Translations under genes and position numbers: made by a program | Notes under the pieces: generated by a model | Database searches by the model: none | Seen by the model: only the letters and a program-made list of their open reading frames with translations | Told to the model about the DNA's origin: nothing | In this document: in pieces, positions 25,890 to 39,900 of the stretch | Position numbering within the stretch: position 1 is the first letter of the stretch | Layout: every line of letters starts with the position of its first letter | Assembly (NCBI GenBank): GCA_964304625.1 | Contig: OZ199838.1 | Coordinates: 13,149,843-13,213,842 of the forward strand | Reading direction: 5' to 3' | DNA: 64,000 bases | From: Kudoa neothunni | Lineage: Eukaryota > Animalia > Cnidaria

Positions 25890-28800
25890 TATTTTAACTG
25901 ATGTTTGTGGAAAATTCGTAACGAAGAATAGGAATCATAGAGTGTATGAATCAGTAATAATTTTCGATCAATGAATAATATTAGGACTAAATCAATTAGT
26001 TTTATCGAACGTTTGTATAATTACATTAAATATTTAAGAATAATTAACATATCTGGAAGAATTTTCAATGTTTGTTTTTAGAACACACAGCTTATACATT
26101 TCGCGTTGTTAACATACAATGAAGGCAAAATGACTGAATTGCCAAGATTAGAAAAGATGTTTCATTTTTCCGTGTATATTAAACTTCAGTTTAAGTACAA
26201 GGAATATTGAAAAATCGTTAAAAGGGTAAATAATTAATTAGATGTCATAATTATCTTTACATTCTCTATGATAAATAATTTTAGATAGGGGCATCTATGA
26301 TTTTCTGTTAAATCTTATCTGATGAATATATAGTAGAATGATTAGGACATTAAAATATGTAATGGCTATATTTTAGGGAATGAATATCTCTGAAAATACT
26401 TCATATATTTTGTTTATATTTTACATATTATCAATGTGTATATACTTAATTTAATTTTTTCTAAGTTTAAACAAGATTTGAAGTAGAATAAATTTTCAGT
26501 GGTGCAACCTCCCTGAGTCCATCAATTATCTAATGCAGTAGTGGTCACTACTTTGCGGAGTGCGAGCCACATCGGCGCATTCCAGATGTTTGGAGGGTCC
26601 CATTGTTGTCTACGCGTTTCATAATAACATAAGTACCTGATCATGACTTTTCTAACGTTTTAGGGACAATAAAAATTAAGTTTATAGATAAATTAAAAAA
26701 TATTTCCAATTAATAAGGCTAAGAAAGGATTAAATAGATTTTTTTGAATGTAGAAATTTTGTGGTAGACAAACTATTGCGAATTACGGTTAAAATAATCG
26801 GTTTATATTAAATATATTTTAATTTTAATCGGCGTTATGAAAAGTTGGTAATACTCATTAGGTAAATATGAAATATTTAAACAATACCTCCAATAAAATT
26901 ATTTCACAATTATTTTAGGCGTGGCATTTAATATAACAAATGGTACGTTCAAAAAGAGACTTAAGTTATAAATGTTAATATAATCATAACAGCCAAAATA
27001 AATTACATGTACGGTATTCCAAATTACACCTAATTTTATGACTTAAGTGTCAACAACGTATTGAAGTAATTTTCCTCAAATTTATTACGGAGTATTTTAA
27101 TTCCAAAATAAACGGTTTAAATAATCTGAAATTATAAAAATCGTAATTTTTGGTAAGTGTCAATGTAATATCCATATTTTTGAAGGTTTTGTAAGATTAT
27201 TTGGAATAAAAATTATACCCCAACAATTTATCGTAAATTATTATTTTTACTTTTAATTACTTTTTAATCTCATTTAATTATGTCAATAAAAAATTTACAT
27301 CATAGGACTTCAATTCTGAATTGATTGGTGTTGCTTTTTGTAACTTTAATGTATTTTAAGGTCGTTGCTCTCTGCTGTTATCGTTGATTTTCTCATTGAA
27401 TTCCACATGTTACGTTTGGTAATACCGCTTCACGTTTATTCCTTTAATGCAGAAACTGATTTGAGACGAAGCCAATGTACCGCTATATTCATTGAATGAG
27501 GGATGAAATATTTTTGAGGTCCAATCGCCATTAAAATTACGGTTATCATCAATAACCGTACGCTTTCAAGGGGATATTTATGTTTAATTTTACAAATGTG
27601 TGATTGCAAAAAAGACGATCTATAAGGGAAGTTTGAGCGCATTATCAATTGAAAAAATTGAAAAGATAAATTAAAAAGTATTCCTACATTAAGCTGATAA
27701 ATTTTGATCTAACTCTATTATAAACATTTATGTTCCAAAATCTAATGATATCTTAAAAATTATACAGATTGCATCGACTCTATACCCTTAAAATATAGTA
27801 TTAAATAATTTTTACGTTAATACGTCGTCTGCAATGAAAGGTATGGGAATGATTTCTATTGCCTTTAATCTTTAATTTGGATGAGTATCACATGCTCATG
27901 TTTTTTGTTATTTTTATATTCTTTTTGTTGTAAATTGAATTCTGTGTACTAATTTTTCCAAAAATTGATAACCTTTTATTTTGTTTTAGACACGTATTTA
28001 ACCTAACCTTGATCACTATTACAAACGGTAATCGTAAGTAGGGTACACGCGTAGGTAAAATTTAAAATCGGATAAGTAAACCGCGTAAAATTAAAGTTTA
28101 TAGATCCACAATATCTACCAAAAAAATATTTATTAATTGGTTAATGGAAGGAAAATGCTGTCTTGATGTTATTAAATTATGAAAACCATGTATACTTGCG
28201 CGATTTTTCGAATTTCTAAAAATACTCCGGGGGCCGCACTCTGTCCACCACTGACTCTAACCATCCCCTTCCTTTGAGTCGGGTATATTTTCGAGTACTT
28301 TAAAATAAACAGTCATCATTTATATATTCAAAATTACTAATATTTTGTTGTGGTACATTTAAAAAAATATAGCATATATTTATTAGATCGTTTACCAAGT
28401 ACTTAGGTAAAATGTCCGTAACTTATTTTTGTTGGATTAAATTACCTTTTTATTGATTTCAATTTTAAAATTGATGACGTTTGAACCATTTGATTATTTT
28501 TAACTAAATTAATTATTTATGTTAAGTTTACTTATCAAAAATCGATTTTTATTAATAATTTATAACCAATTCACCCAAAATTTTAATTTATAGCAATATT
28601 TGATTTCCACAATTAATTTTTATTCAATATAGTCTCCTTATTCCCATAAGGTCAAGAAATAATTTTCTGTTGAATTTCCATAAGGGACTTAGTAGGATGT
28701 GTAACAATTTTGACGTATAATTTTCTTCAAATCTGTTTTAGAAATAAATAAAAATTACATATTTTGAAGTTTCATGAAATAAAATAAAATATCGAGGTCC

Positions 28801-29639
28801 AAAACATCTCCAATTCGTTAACCGTCGAAAACTTCAATATGTGCCTATGGTGGTCGCTGTTGACCCCATAATTACTTCCATATTTTATTGCGCAATTGAA
28901 TCAAAAAGTTAGTATTGTAACTAATACTCACAAGTCAGCTGTATTAAAGGTTTAAAAGTCTGCTTTAGAGAGAATAAAATTGAAAAAATTGTGATTAATT
29001 CTTCGATTAAATTTTATAAACATCTGCAACAGAACGCATCTTATTGTATGTTTAAATATATGTTTGATTATATTTACATTGTTTGAAGTTTCTGGATTAT
29101 AATAACGGCGTTCAATCAAATATAGATAAGAAATGCGCACAAGCGAACATACAAGAAATCAGGCACGGTTTACGGAATAAGTCGTTAATCACAACATTGA
29201 AAATGAGGTTAAGTCTGGGTCACGGTTGTAAATATTTGAGTATGTTTATAGATTCAAATAAAAAATTAAATACGAAAAATTTACAATAGGTTTATTTAAC
29301 AATAAATTACATTAATTTCGAGGTTTCCTAAAGAAAGAACAATTTTTTCAAAGATAACATCAATCGGATTCTAAACTACATATCTGACAATAAAAATATT
29401 TTTTTGAATCTGCGAGACGAGCAAACACCGAAAAGTATTAAGTTAGATTAAGCCCGCGTTTGTTAACTTTTTGGTGTGTCTTAAGTCATCGTGATCATTT
29501 CCCTTAATTATCGAAACTCTTTTTGGAATTTTTAATGAATGCTTATAATTTGGCTAATGCAAGTGCATAGGTTATTGGCAAAGTTAATAGTAACATTAAG
29601 TTAATTGGTAGATACAATTTACTATTATAATAATTCCGA

Positions 29640-30620
29640 CTAAAAAATTAAAGATAGAAGATGAAAAAAGACATTTAATGATTAATGGACAGATTTCTAT
29701 GCATTCATACCCAATTCTAACGGACTCCCACTCTGTCTGATTTGTGAAGAAGTGTTGGCTAATAACAAAAAATCAAACGTCGAAAGGCGTTTCTATACGA
29801 AACACAGAGAATTTCGTTCCATGTATTCATGTGGAGAAAATAGAACCAAAGCAATACAAGATATAAACCTAAAGAAACGCTCACACAAGAGAACTTCAGG
29901 AAATGATTGAAATCATCCAGCAGTATAGTTTCTGCCAGTCTTGTGATTTCCCATGAAGAAATAAAACATGGAAAGCCATTCACAGATGGGGGAAAGCGCT
30001 AAGAATTGTTTTCTACGCGCTTCAAACCACCTAATTAGTGATTTCGGCAACAGTGATGAAATCAAAAAAAAATACGGACCATTCCCGTATCTGCAAAAAC
30101 TGTGAGAGATAGAGCAATCAAACTTGGAACGAATATGAGTGATAAACAAATTAGTGACCTTAATCGTTCTTCTGAGGTTCCCATTGTATGTGACGAGTCG
30201 TAATATAACTGACGTTTCGCAAATCGCTCCTCTATGTCGATACATTAATTCTGAGTGTCCTCAAGAGGAACTCATTGTCTTGATACCTCTCAATAATCAA
30301 AGAAGGGGCGAAGATACATTCAACGCTATTGTTTCGTGTCTTAAAAAAAACAAATTAATCTTGAGAAAATAATTTCGGTAGCAACGGACGGTGCACCGAA
30401 TATGATAGGTAAATATGGTGGATTTGTTACTTTATTAAATCAAAGATTACAACGTAAGATTATATCTTTCTATTGTGTCATTCATCAGGAGGCTCTTTGT
30501 ACGCAATCATTGCCTTATGAATTCAATGAAATTATGATATTAGTAGTTCGAATAACAAATAAAATATTGACAAAAGGTTTAAACCACCGACAATTTCGTG
30601 ATCTCTTGGTGTAAACTAGC
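29640..30620 (+). mobile_element. hAT (Buster/SPIN/GTF2IRD2-like) transposase remnant
   Basis: Frameshifted pieces TDVSQIAPLCRYIN..QEELIVLIPL..GEDTF, ISVATDGAPNMIGKYGGFV, YCVIHQEALC, LNHRQFR. Confidence 0.8.
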
Positions 30621-30989
30621 AGTCAATATTCCTATTCTAGAATTACGTCTTAAGACAATAAATTTAAATTTATCGTCGTATTATTGCACTTTTTTGGCAC
30701 ACACGCTGATTCATACATAATGTATGGTATGGATCAATATGCTCACAATTAATTACTTCCTAATTCAATATATATTTTAAAATATCGCTTAAATTTTTTA
30801 AGTATATGTGACAATGTTAACTGAGCAATTATGTAGTCATTTCACGTTAACCTAATGTGTTGTCGTTCAATATCGTAAATGTTTAAACCTTTCATGATAT
30901 AATCTGAATAGAGTATGTTATTAAAAATATAAATATTAATGCCGCACATAATAAAATTCGTGTTATTATTCAATGTTTACAGGTTTTCA

Positions 30990-31093
30990 ATAAAACCCCA
31001 AGATTTTGTAAAAAATGTAAAAACCCCCAAGAACCAAAGGTGACCATAAAAATCCCAAGATCTCGGGGGAAAACCCAAGCCCTGGCAGCCCCG
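30990..31093. repeat. Four AAAA(C/T)CCCAAG-type units ending in CTGGCAGCCC; probable hAT MITE terminus
   Basis: aaaaccccaaga, aaaacccccaaga, aaaatcccaaga and aaaacccaag, followed by a motif resembling the TGGCAACCCTG hAT terminus. Confidence 0.45.
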
Positions 31094-32423
31094 ATTAGGA
31101 TGACGTAAGCGCAGGCGTTCATCCCCATTTAGGATTAAATTAGATCGTACAAATGGTCACAATCTTTTTGGTGTAAATGTGCAACAGTTTAAGGACGGAA
31201 TCTAATCTTCGTATTAATTTTTAATCTATTACTGGTTATTGTTGGAAACAAGGCGTGACTTTGCATGAAAAGGGAGTATGTCCTAATTTTATGGTTTCTC
31301 CTAAAAACTGTATTAATGTTTCATACATGTGCATTTAGGCCAAATTCAAAACTGAATTGGATTTTTTTATTATCTCTTTTCATTCAATTAGAGATGAATC
31401 TTATATAAATGTATTTACATGAATAAAATGTTGCTGCTGTGACTACAAACCGCTGAGAATATTTTAATGCTCAGTTGGCAAACTAATTCAACTGAAATGT
31501 AATTATCGGCATAAATAAATAGCAATTTATGTCGATGGCTTAAACATTTATTTTATTACGAAATATTTACATTTAAAATATTACGATCATAAAGATTGCG
31601 TCAGTTGTTTTCGATGACAACTACAATAACAAATAGGAAACAAATAACAGTAATAATAATATTTCTTTAAACGGTAGATTAACCATAAATTGACATTATC
31701 CAGAGGTACGATCACAGCCATCATAAATTAAACTCTATTGTATTTTATCATAAGAACGATGATCGCATTATGCATTAAACCATCGCTGGAAAAATTAATA
31801 GAAAATTAATCAAACTTAAATCGATAATGAATCAAAAAATTATCATTGTTTATTATTTGTAATTTACAAATGAGTTAATCGACAGAACAAATACAGCACC
31901 ACTTTCTGCTCGTAACACTAATTCAATTCGTTCTAATGATTAATAGTGATCGCTATTCACATTATTAACGTAATAGATAAACGAATAATATAAAGGAATT
32001 TTTTCGATATTGTTTTTATAGAATCAAGTAAAATTGAAAAAAGTGCTACTTTTAAACAAATCATGCAAACACACCTTGTAATGTGTCAAATGTTTACGAG
32101 ATTATAAGATCGCGCAAGCGTATTTGAGACTTAATTAAGCACTACAATTGCAGCTCACTGCCACCTCTAATAATCACATCTATCCCCCAGTGTGAGTATC
32201 AAGTAACGTTGTGTATGAATGTGCTCATTTTTACCAGCCGATTTAGATATTCATTGGAATAGAGGTAGTATTTGAGTTTGATTGCCAGCTAACACAACCC
32301 TTAGAAATCTCATCAAATGTATAAATAAACGACTTCTCCCTTACAAAATTTACACCAATATCTTTAGTTATTATCGAGAAAATATCGCTCACAATACTAA
32401 ATCACATATGAAAATAGATTACA

Positions 32424-33264
32424 ATGAAACCGGTTAAGCCAAAAAATAAATACACAAGCCCGTTTAACTTTCTCTCGAAATCTAAAATCAAAAAAGAAAC
32501 TAATGAAGATTGGAAATCAAAATACACCCAGGAATGCTATTATAAATTATTGTTGATACCGTATGATGACATGTATCATGCGTTAACGGATTTTGAGCCT
32601 ATCAGCAAGCTGGAATGGATAGCTTCGAATAGTGAGCATTATTTGGAGTACTCTTTGATTTTACATTGTGATAGTTGTAACGCTGTATAAACAAATGGAA
32701 CAATTGATTGGTGTATTGAGTGAATTTTGTACCTGCCCCCACATGAGTGGTGGAAAAAACTAGTATAACTGCTGCTAAATAAAAGTTCATTATATTTATT
32801 GAAACGGCTACCACTTTAGTATTTATCTGTGGACTGATGACAAAGGAAAAAAAATCAAAGCTACTTCTCTCGAATACCTAAATTTGTATTTAACCAATGC
32901 TGACAAAATTTTATCATCTCAAGAACTAATGCCCACACAGAATGGTATTTGTTACATATGGACCCAACTATTTTTACTATTTTGATGAATCGATGCATTC
33001 ATAGGTGTGGAATTTCCTTCTCATTTTCTGGGAACCATGCAAAAAGTCTATCGTTGGATGTTCCAGATTATTGCTCACTCCTACAATTGCCATTTCGGAT
33101 CGATGATTTCCTCCCAATTTGTGCCCTGTCTTAACACGATTTTTTTACATTTGTATATTATTGTCCAAGAGTTTGAACTTTTCGATGAGAAAGAATTCGA
33201 ACCACTCGAAGAACTTATTGAAAAATGGAAACCTCTAATCGGCACCAACAAAGACGATCAATAG
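32424..33264 (+). CDS. MOB2: MOB kinase activator (MOB2-like), at least 4 exons; small upstream exons possible
   Basis: KLEWIASN, GVLSEFCTCPHMSGG, YLWTDDKGKKIK, MPTQNGVEFP, VYRWMFQIIAHSYNCHF, LNTIFLH, EFELFDEKEFEPLEEL. Three in-frame GT-AG introns. Confidence 0.9.
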
Positions 33265-34240
33265 GTATCTGCCGACCGTGTTATTGAAATAGTTTGTTTG
33301 TATGGTAGAATGTTTTAGTTTTTGTAAAACACTAGTAATGCTGTTTCTCTTTTAATCAGTGTTTTTCTGGTTTATCTATTATGTGATGAGATATTAAACT
33401 CAATAATTACTTATCATTCGCGGTGAGGTTAATAAATAACCACCGCCTTATATGAATATATTGCGAATTAATGAACATTTAATGACCCTTTTTTGTATCA
33501 GCTAAGTTTAAGTAGGTCATAAGAATTTTTTCTTGTTTTTATTATTATCATTATTGCACATACTTTTCCTACGCGTCATAATCCATATTTGTTGTGGCAG
33601 GGTTTCGTTAACTTTCAGCGCTGATAAAAAATCTCCATAAAAACTTTACGTGTTCTTAAAATAATATTATTTTTATAAAATTATATTACTAACATTTTTA
33701 ATATTAATTCCAACAATATTTATATGGCGAATCATTTTTGTAAAAGTTTGATAATGCCTTATACCCTATGTTCCGACAATAATGCAATGAAAATATTACG
33801 ATACTAATCTCCTCGAAAAGTATTTTTGTAAAATTAGAAAAACAATATTTAAATGTGTAATATGAATTAAATTTACGAATTACCGGTTTGTTGAAGCTAT
33901 GTTAGAGTACTAGGATCGGCAATCTGAATAGTCATGCTAAACTAAATGATGGGGCAGAATATATACGAACTCTTTAGCTATAATGAATTTTTCACAGTAA
34001 AATTAAAAACTGGATTAGTAAATTTACATTTTGATTCTTAAAATCCCGTTATTTTATCGTAGAATGAAAAAAATATAACGAGCGTTCGACATTTTTTATG
34101 AGAAAAGGACTAGTTTTATATAATTTTTTATTGTATAATTTAAACGATTTTACTCGTATTGAATTTTATATTTTGCGTACTTAAATGATGGTTCAAACCC
34201 GTAAATGACCATAAGGAAGTGGCTACTAGCCTGGTAAATA

Positions 34241-34446
34241 ATATTCAGATGACACTAGTTTTGACCATATTTAATTATCTCTGACCCTAAGAGCGTAACG
34301 GTGGGTCAGAGATAATTAAGTATAGTGGATTCTAACAAATTAAATCCGTAAACAGCCTGTAAATTAGAGTTGATGAGATTAAATTTTCAGTGCCCAAGCG
34401 TATATGCCATTTAAGATTAAATTTGATCGTGCCAATATTCTCTGCC
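34241..34446 (+). repeat. Dispersed repeat copy with a perfect 17-bp hairpin
   Basis: TTAATTATCTCTGACCC (34271-34287) pairs with GGGTCAGAGATAATTAA (34303-34319). The 5' flank matches 48349-48390 and the 3' body matches 58697-58835. Confidence 0.8.
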
Positions 34447-34859
34447 TAACCATAATTAAACGCTTCCATCCGTCACAATATGATCAATATCATACAATCA
34501 GAAAAAATAGATAAGAAATTTGTTATGGGAAATATTTAAGTCTTTATCTTATTTTTTACACACTTTAATTTAAAAAATGGAGGATAATATTTAAATAATC
34601 CCATTTAGTTTGACATCAAGCTTTTATATGAGCATAATTGTTCAATTATAAAAATTACGGAGATTATTTAAATATTGTCTCTAAAAAAATTAATTTTATC
34701 ATTGACCTCTCCTAGGTCGGATGAGGAAATCTTCAGGGAAAAATTTGGTTGAGGGCGGTCATTACCGATCCCTGCTGTAATGGAAACAATTTGAGACCGA
34801 AAAACATGCTAAATCTTAATAATTCCTGTCTTGTTTCCTGAGAGGTAAGATACAGGAAT

Positions 34860-37800
34860 TTGATCTATGCAGTTGAAGAAATTGAAAATAATGACGATGA
34901 AATAAATTGCATTGATATTGTCCTTTTACTTATTGAGACAGTTGATAATTCAACTGACGTAGAAGAAAGTTTCGTCAGTAGAGAATCTGACCATGTTGAT
35001 ATCAGGAAAGTCACTAAAATGTGCGGGGAAGTTGCGTTATCTTCAACACTAGATGATACCTAGACTTATGAGAGCTCCATCGTCAATTTGGAAAAATTCT
35101 TCAATCATCAAAGTTACCAACCGACGCGGAAACCGATATTTTTTCACAAAACAAGAATTATTTCGCAACGAACGTCTCGCTCGAGGCTTGTATGAACTCT
35201 TATGAAAGCTTTTTGATACAAATTTTAAAAAAAAGTAAGCTCTTTTCCGGTCAGAACAATAAATATTCCTTCCGCTTATCATTAAAAGAGCTAAAATCAT
35301 ACATTGATATTTTGTTATTGCCTAGATATGATAAATTATCTCAACTACATATTTATTTGAAATCTGCAATGGACTCTGGAATTAATATAATCAAGAAATA
35401 CATGAATTATAAAAGTTTCAGTATTATAAAGTCATATATTCATTTTAATGATAATGCAGATCTAAATTTTGGAGATCAACTTATCGAATTTGTACTAATC
35501 ATAAAAAAATTAATGCAAATTTTTATTAGTTTGATATTTTCCACAATGGCGTTTGCATCAGCCAAACGATGGTGGAACCATGTATGGATCACTACTCATA
35601 TAAAATGTTTATAACGGGAAAACCAATTCGCTTTGGTTTTAAGCAATATATGTTATATGTTGGTATTTGCCGATGATATTGTCTAAAGCAGTGTTCCCTA
35701 ACCTTTTGTTTACCTCGCCCCACTTTCCAGTAAAAAAAATCACGGCGCCCCACCACACTAAAGTCCAAATAATACTGATAAAAATATAGATTTTAAACGT
35801 GTTTTTGATAAGATAATCAATATGGACATTTGAAACGAGTAGACTCAAAATATTGACAACAACGAATCAATTTGAATACTATGATATTTTTGAAAATCTT
35901 CAATATAATAATTATTTTCTTCCAAGATTTAAAGAGGGTTTCGTTTTTTCCGTGTTATTATTAGAACATTTTATAATATATTATTAGATTTTTCCTAAAT
36001 ATTAAACGTAATTTTAAGTAAATTTATACAAAATGTATTCTCCATCGTAAATTTTGAAATGCGTATAAAAGAAAAGTATCACAACCATCATTAAACAATA
36101 CTAATTATACGTTGAGTCATTACAAACTGACTAATAAAATTTCACCTACGAGCAAAATACATAAAACTAAAGTATTTATTAAATAATCTCGACACCAAAA
36201 TTTTCATATACTTGTTTAATGAGATCCCTGTTCCTTGACGTAGACGAGACAAGTACTCTATTCGCGGAGAATGTTTTGATAGAGCAAGACGTAAATCTCC
36301 TCTTTTTGTAATATCAAGGCGGTTTGTTCTGGCACTTAACAAATTACCGACTGCACTTAATCCACATTCCACAAGATATGATGAAGAAAAAGAGAATAAC
36401 ATTTCTTTAGCTACGGCGGAACAAACTGGGAATTTCTTTTCAACATTGGCTGAAAGCCACATATCTATTCCTTTGAGTTTATATAACGCACCCGTACGCT
36501 CGTCATGCTGTATTTTGACCAATTCTTGTTGATATTGAAACTAAGCCTCGGAAACATCAGCTAGTAGCGGTTGAGTTAACCAGATAGGAAAAATCATCCT
36601 TTTAAATCGTAAAATCGGTCGTTAAATCCATAATCAACATATATAAATGAGCTGTACATATTTTTAAGGCATAACAAGATATTTCGCATTTACTTAACCA
36701 ACAAAAATTACCAAAAACACGCTGAGATGCATTATTGTAGCAAAGTTCGAGAAACGCAATGAATCCTAAAATTTTCTCTTTTGTGTTAACAAGAGTTATA
36801 TTTGCCCCTTGAAGTTTTGAATTTAAAATGCAGTCTCTCAAAGATGTCTGCTAAATAACTCAAAAAGGTCTTTCCATCGCTTGTTGTCAGGTAGGTCATC
36901 TCAGAGTTGCCGCCTAACTTCAGTATAATGCAATCAACGAATGTGATCGACATTTTGATCTTTGCACAATTCCTTGAATAATCTTACAGTTTTGGAATTT
37001 GTTTTAATACAGTTAAAACATTTGATCACATCCTGTAATATTTCATTAAGAAGAGATAGTTTTTTTCCACTAGATTTTCTCGATGTATTACGTAACGGAA
37101 TATTATTAACTTAGGATTTTCATCTTTAAGAAGTTCCAAATATCCATTTTTTGTTCCCATCATAGCAGGAGCACCGTCAGCAGCACATGTCAACAAATTG
37201 ACAATCAGTATTTTATTTGACAAAAAATAATTTTTCATCACGGTGTATATATCTTTTGCTGTTGTCGTTGTATAAAATTATTTACAAAATAACATCCCTT
37301 CACAAAATTGTTCTTGTCAATATATCGTACATAAGTCATTAGATGAGCTTTGCTGTCTCGAACTGTGGATTCATCCAACTGTAATGAAAATTTCCTTGTT
37401 TGTGATTTTTCAATAAGTTGAAAATCGACATCTTTAGACTTCTCATCAATTCGGTCAAAAACTGTATTATTACTAAGAGGCATATCATTAATTTTAGTAT
37501 CAGTTTTTTGTTGGACGGTCTTTAAGAAAATTGAAATAGCTGGTTTTATCAAGTTTTCGCCAATTGTATGACTCTTTCCGTTTTTCGCAATAACCAAAGA
37601 GATTTCGTAGCTCGCTTCCAAAGTACGCTTATTTAGTCCAAATTGGGAATCAAACATGGATGAAACTTTTTGTCGGTTTTCAAACTGCTCTTTAAGTGAC
37701 ATAAAATTTTTCAACTCTGAGCAAACATCATTGGGATGTTTCGCATTTACATGCGCTCCTAGTCTGCCATCCATCATAGACTCATTACTCAAGACCCAAG

Positions 37801-38870
37801 ACCTGATGGCATATCAAACAAAAATGTCTATTTTCATCAAGGCTATATGGTATAAAACCAAAACTCAAAAATTCCGACGAATAATGGAGGGTTTCTCTCT
37901 TTTTATCGACATTCATTGTAAAAAACAGATTTGAACTTGGCGAATAAAGAGTAAACAAGTGTTCACGATTAGTTGATGTACGAGTGTTAAATCGGTGGAC
38001 ACTGGATTAAATCTGAGTGGGTGCAGATTCAATCGACTCGAAGTTTGGAAGTTCAAAATTATCAAATTTTATTTGTCTTTTAGTCAATGGGGAACTATGA
38101 GCAGTTGTAATATGGAATTCTTTCAGATTAAAAATATTCGGCGACACTTTAGTCCTAATATTCTAATTGAGAACAGAAATAATATTTTATTAGAGTTATA
38201 AATTAAAAAATTCAAAGTGCTAACGATCGTTTGAATAACTCCTTGTTAAAATTTCAAAAGAAATGTACAGAAAGCCAAATTATAAATATTCCGCAAACAC
38301 TTGTTCCCTATTGATACTTGCATCCCCCTAGTGGCGTTCATTATGCTTTCAAAATTTTCTCATGCTCCACGTTGGGAAATACTGGCCTAAAGCTTCGATG
38401 TTTATAAGAGCAAGTCAATGAAATATGGTAAATATTTTAGCCCCCAGTTGCAGCTTTGCGCTGAATTTTACCAAAAATTTTAAGAACACATCCAGTGCTC
38501 ATATTTTGGATGAGATTTTTTTACGTCTTATAAGTTGTACATTGAACTGAAGAATAGATCTCTCAAAGCAACGAGGACCGTCAGAACCAATCTTACTTCC
38601 ATATACTCACTTAAATAACGCCGTAGAAACAAATCTAGAGGATTCTATGAGACCTTCAAAGATCAAGAATCTGAAATCCATTGCATATACTGGTGGACGC
38701 AAAACCAGTAGCTCTAATGAATAATGTAATAAATGTCGGGTTTGTTCAACAAATCCGACGCTATTCTTATTCTAATAAAAGATACGACAACGTTGCCCAA
38801 ACTTAGTGTTGGATATATGCATACTAATCTCCAATTTGATTTATTGTAGGCATTATTCTCTTTTGCCTTG
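34860..38870 (+). mobile_element. piggyBac remnant interrupted by a hAT insertion
   Basis: LKELKSYIDILLL..SYIHFNDN and KPIRFGFK lie upstream of the insertion. The YCL..FDVY motif rejoins when 35689-38392 is removed. Confidence 0.7.
35689..38384 (-). mobile_element. hAT (Buster/Charlie-type) transposon with TIRs and 8-bp TSD, transposase disrupted
   Basis: TIRs CAGTGTTCCCTAACCT and CAGTATTTCCCAACGT (reverse complement). TSD GTCTAAAG / GCCTAAAG (7 of 8 match, central TA). ORF pieces KSHTIGENLIKP, PLSNNTV, FSLQLDEST, ADGAPAMMG, SSYLVECGLS..RLDI..GDLRLAL. Confidence 0.93.
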
Positions 38871-38879
38871 TGTGTTAAA

Positions 38880-39900
38880 AAGTGTTTCTATTGCGCATAC
38901 TAAGAAAGATGCAAAGCAGGAAACATAGGCCGACTCAATATGTGAAGGAGCCAAAAAAACAATTGGCGCAGTGCCGAAAACGTTGAATTGTTATGACGGT
39001 GGTTGGTCAGCGAAGATGTGATTCGACAGATTCGAAATGTTCTGTGGCTTAAACAAGGTAGCAGAGACCATCTGGACAACCCCGGTCCTGTTGCTGCTAT
39101 CAGAAACGATATACGTTTGCGTGATAAACGCCGGATTTTCCAGAGTCGACCTACTCGGCCGTAAAAGAGTTCATCCTGGAAAGGTATGACGACAAAAAAC
39201 TTCATGCTTACTACAAGATGAGTGTGTCAATCTAAAAAAAGATATTGTCAAAGACCTGAGGAGTTTTGTTGATCGAATAAACGCCGTAGGAAGAAGGGCA
39301 TTCGCAAACTGCCCGGAAACCACGTTGGCAAATCAACGGTCAAAGGCCTGGCAAATGATGAATTCAAAAACTCGCTGTTGATGACAACCATGGAAAACTT
39401 TGAGAAAACATTGGAAGAAGGATAGAATTGTCTATTGCCCAACGTAGGATTCATCCTGATGAATCAGCGACGCTAACGAACCGCCTATCGATGTTGTAAT
39501 ATGACGAATTAGAAAAAAAGTCGATTCTCTAATAGTAATGCCAAAGTAATTCACTACTGGAAAAAGAGTGAACTCATATAAGGAAAGAAAACCCAGATTA
39601 TATTATAACTGTGGAAAAAGAGGACATTTTTCTAGAAAATACAACCTCAGTAAAACGACTAACGCCGACATAAATCAAATTAAAGATTAATATATATATC
39701 CAACACTTACATCTGCCATATGCATAGTAAATATATGGGAAAAGTCGATGATGTTGGTGCTTTATTTTCATGCTACCGAATTAAGATAAAATCGAAAAAA
39801 AGATATTGATCCTGTATATCAATACTTAATCCCTGGTTGTGGTAAACTCGTATAAATTGGTCACCTGTACAAATATTGGAAAAATCAAATCATTAAATCA
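38880..39900 (+). mobile_element. LTR-retrotransposon gag-like remnant
   Basis: Stop-riddled FDRFEMFCGLNKV segment and a degenerate zinc knuckle YYNCGKRGHFSRKY near 39600-39640. No LTRs identified. Confidence 0.45.

Noticed and set aside
30990-31093. CRISPR-like or telomeric repeat array
   Set aside because: The units are only 10-13 nt, degenerate and irregularly spaced, and no cas genes are present. They fit TE subterminal repeats better.
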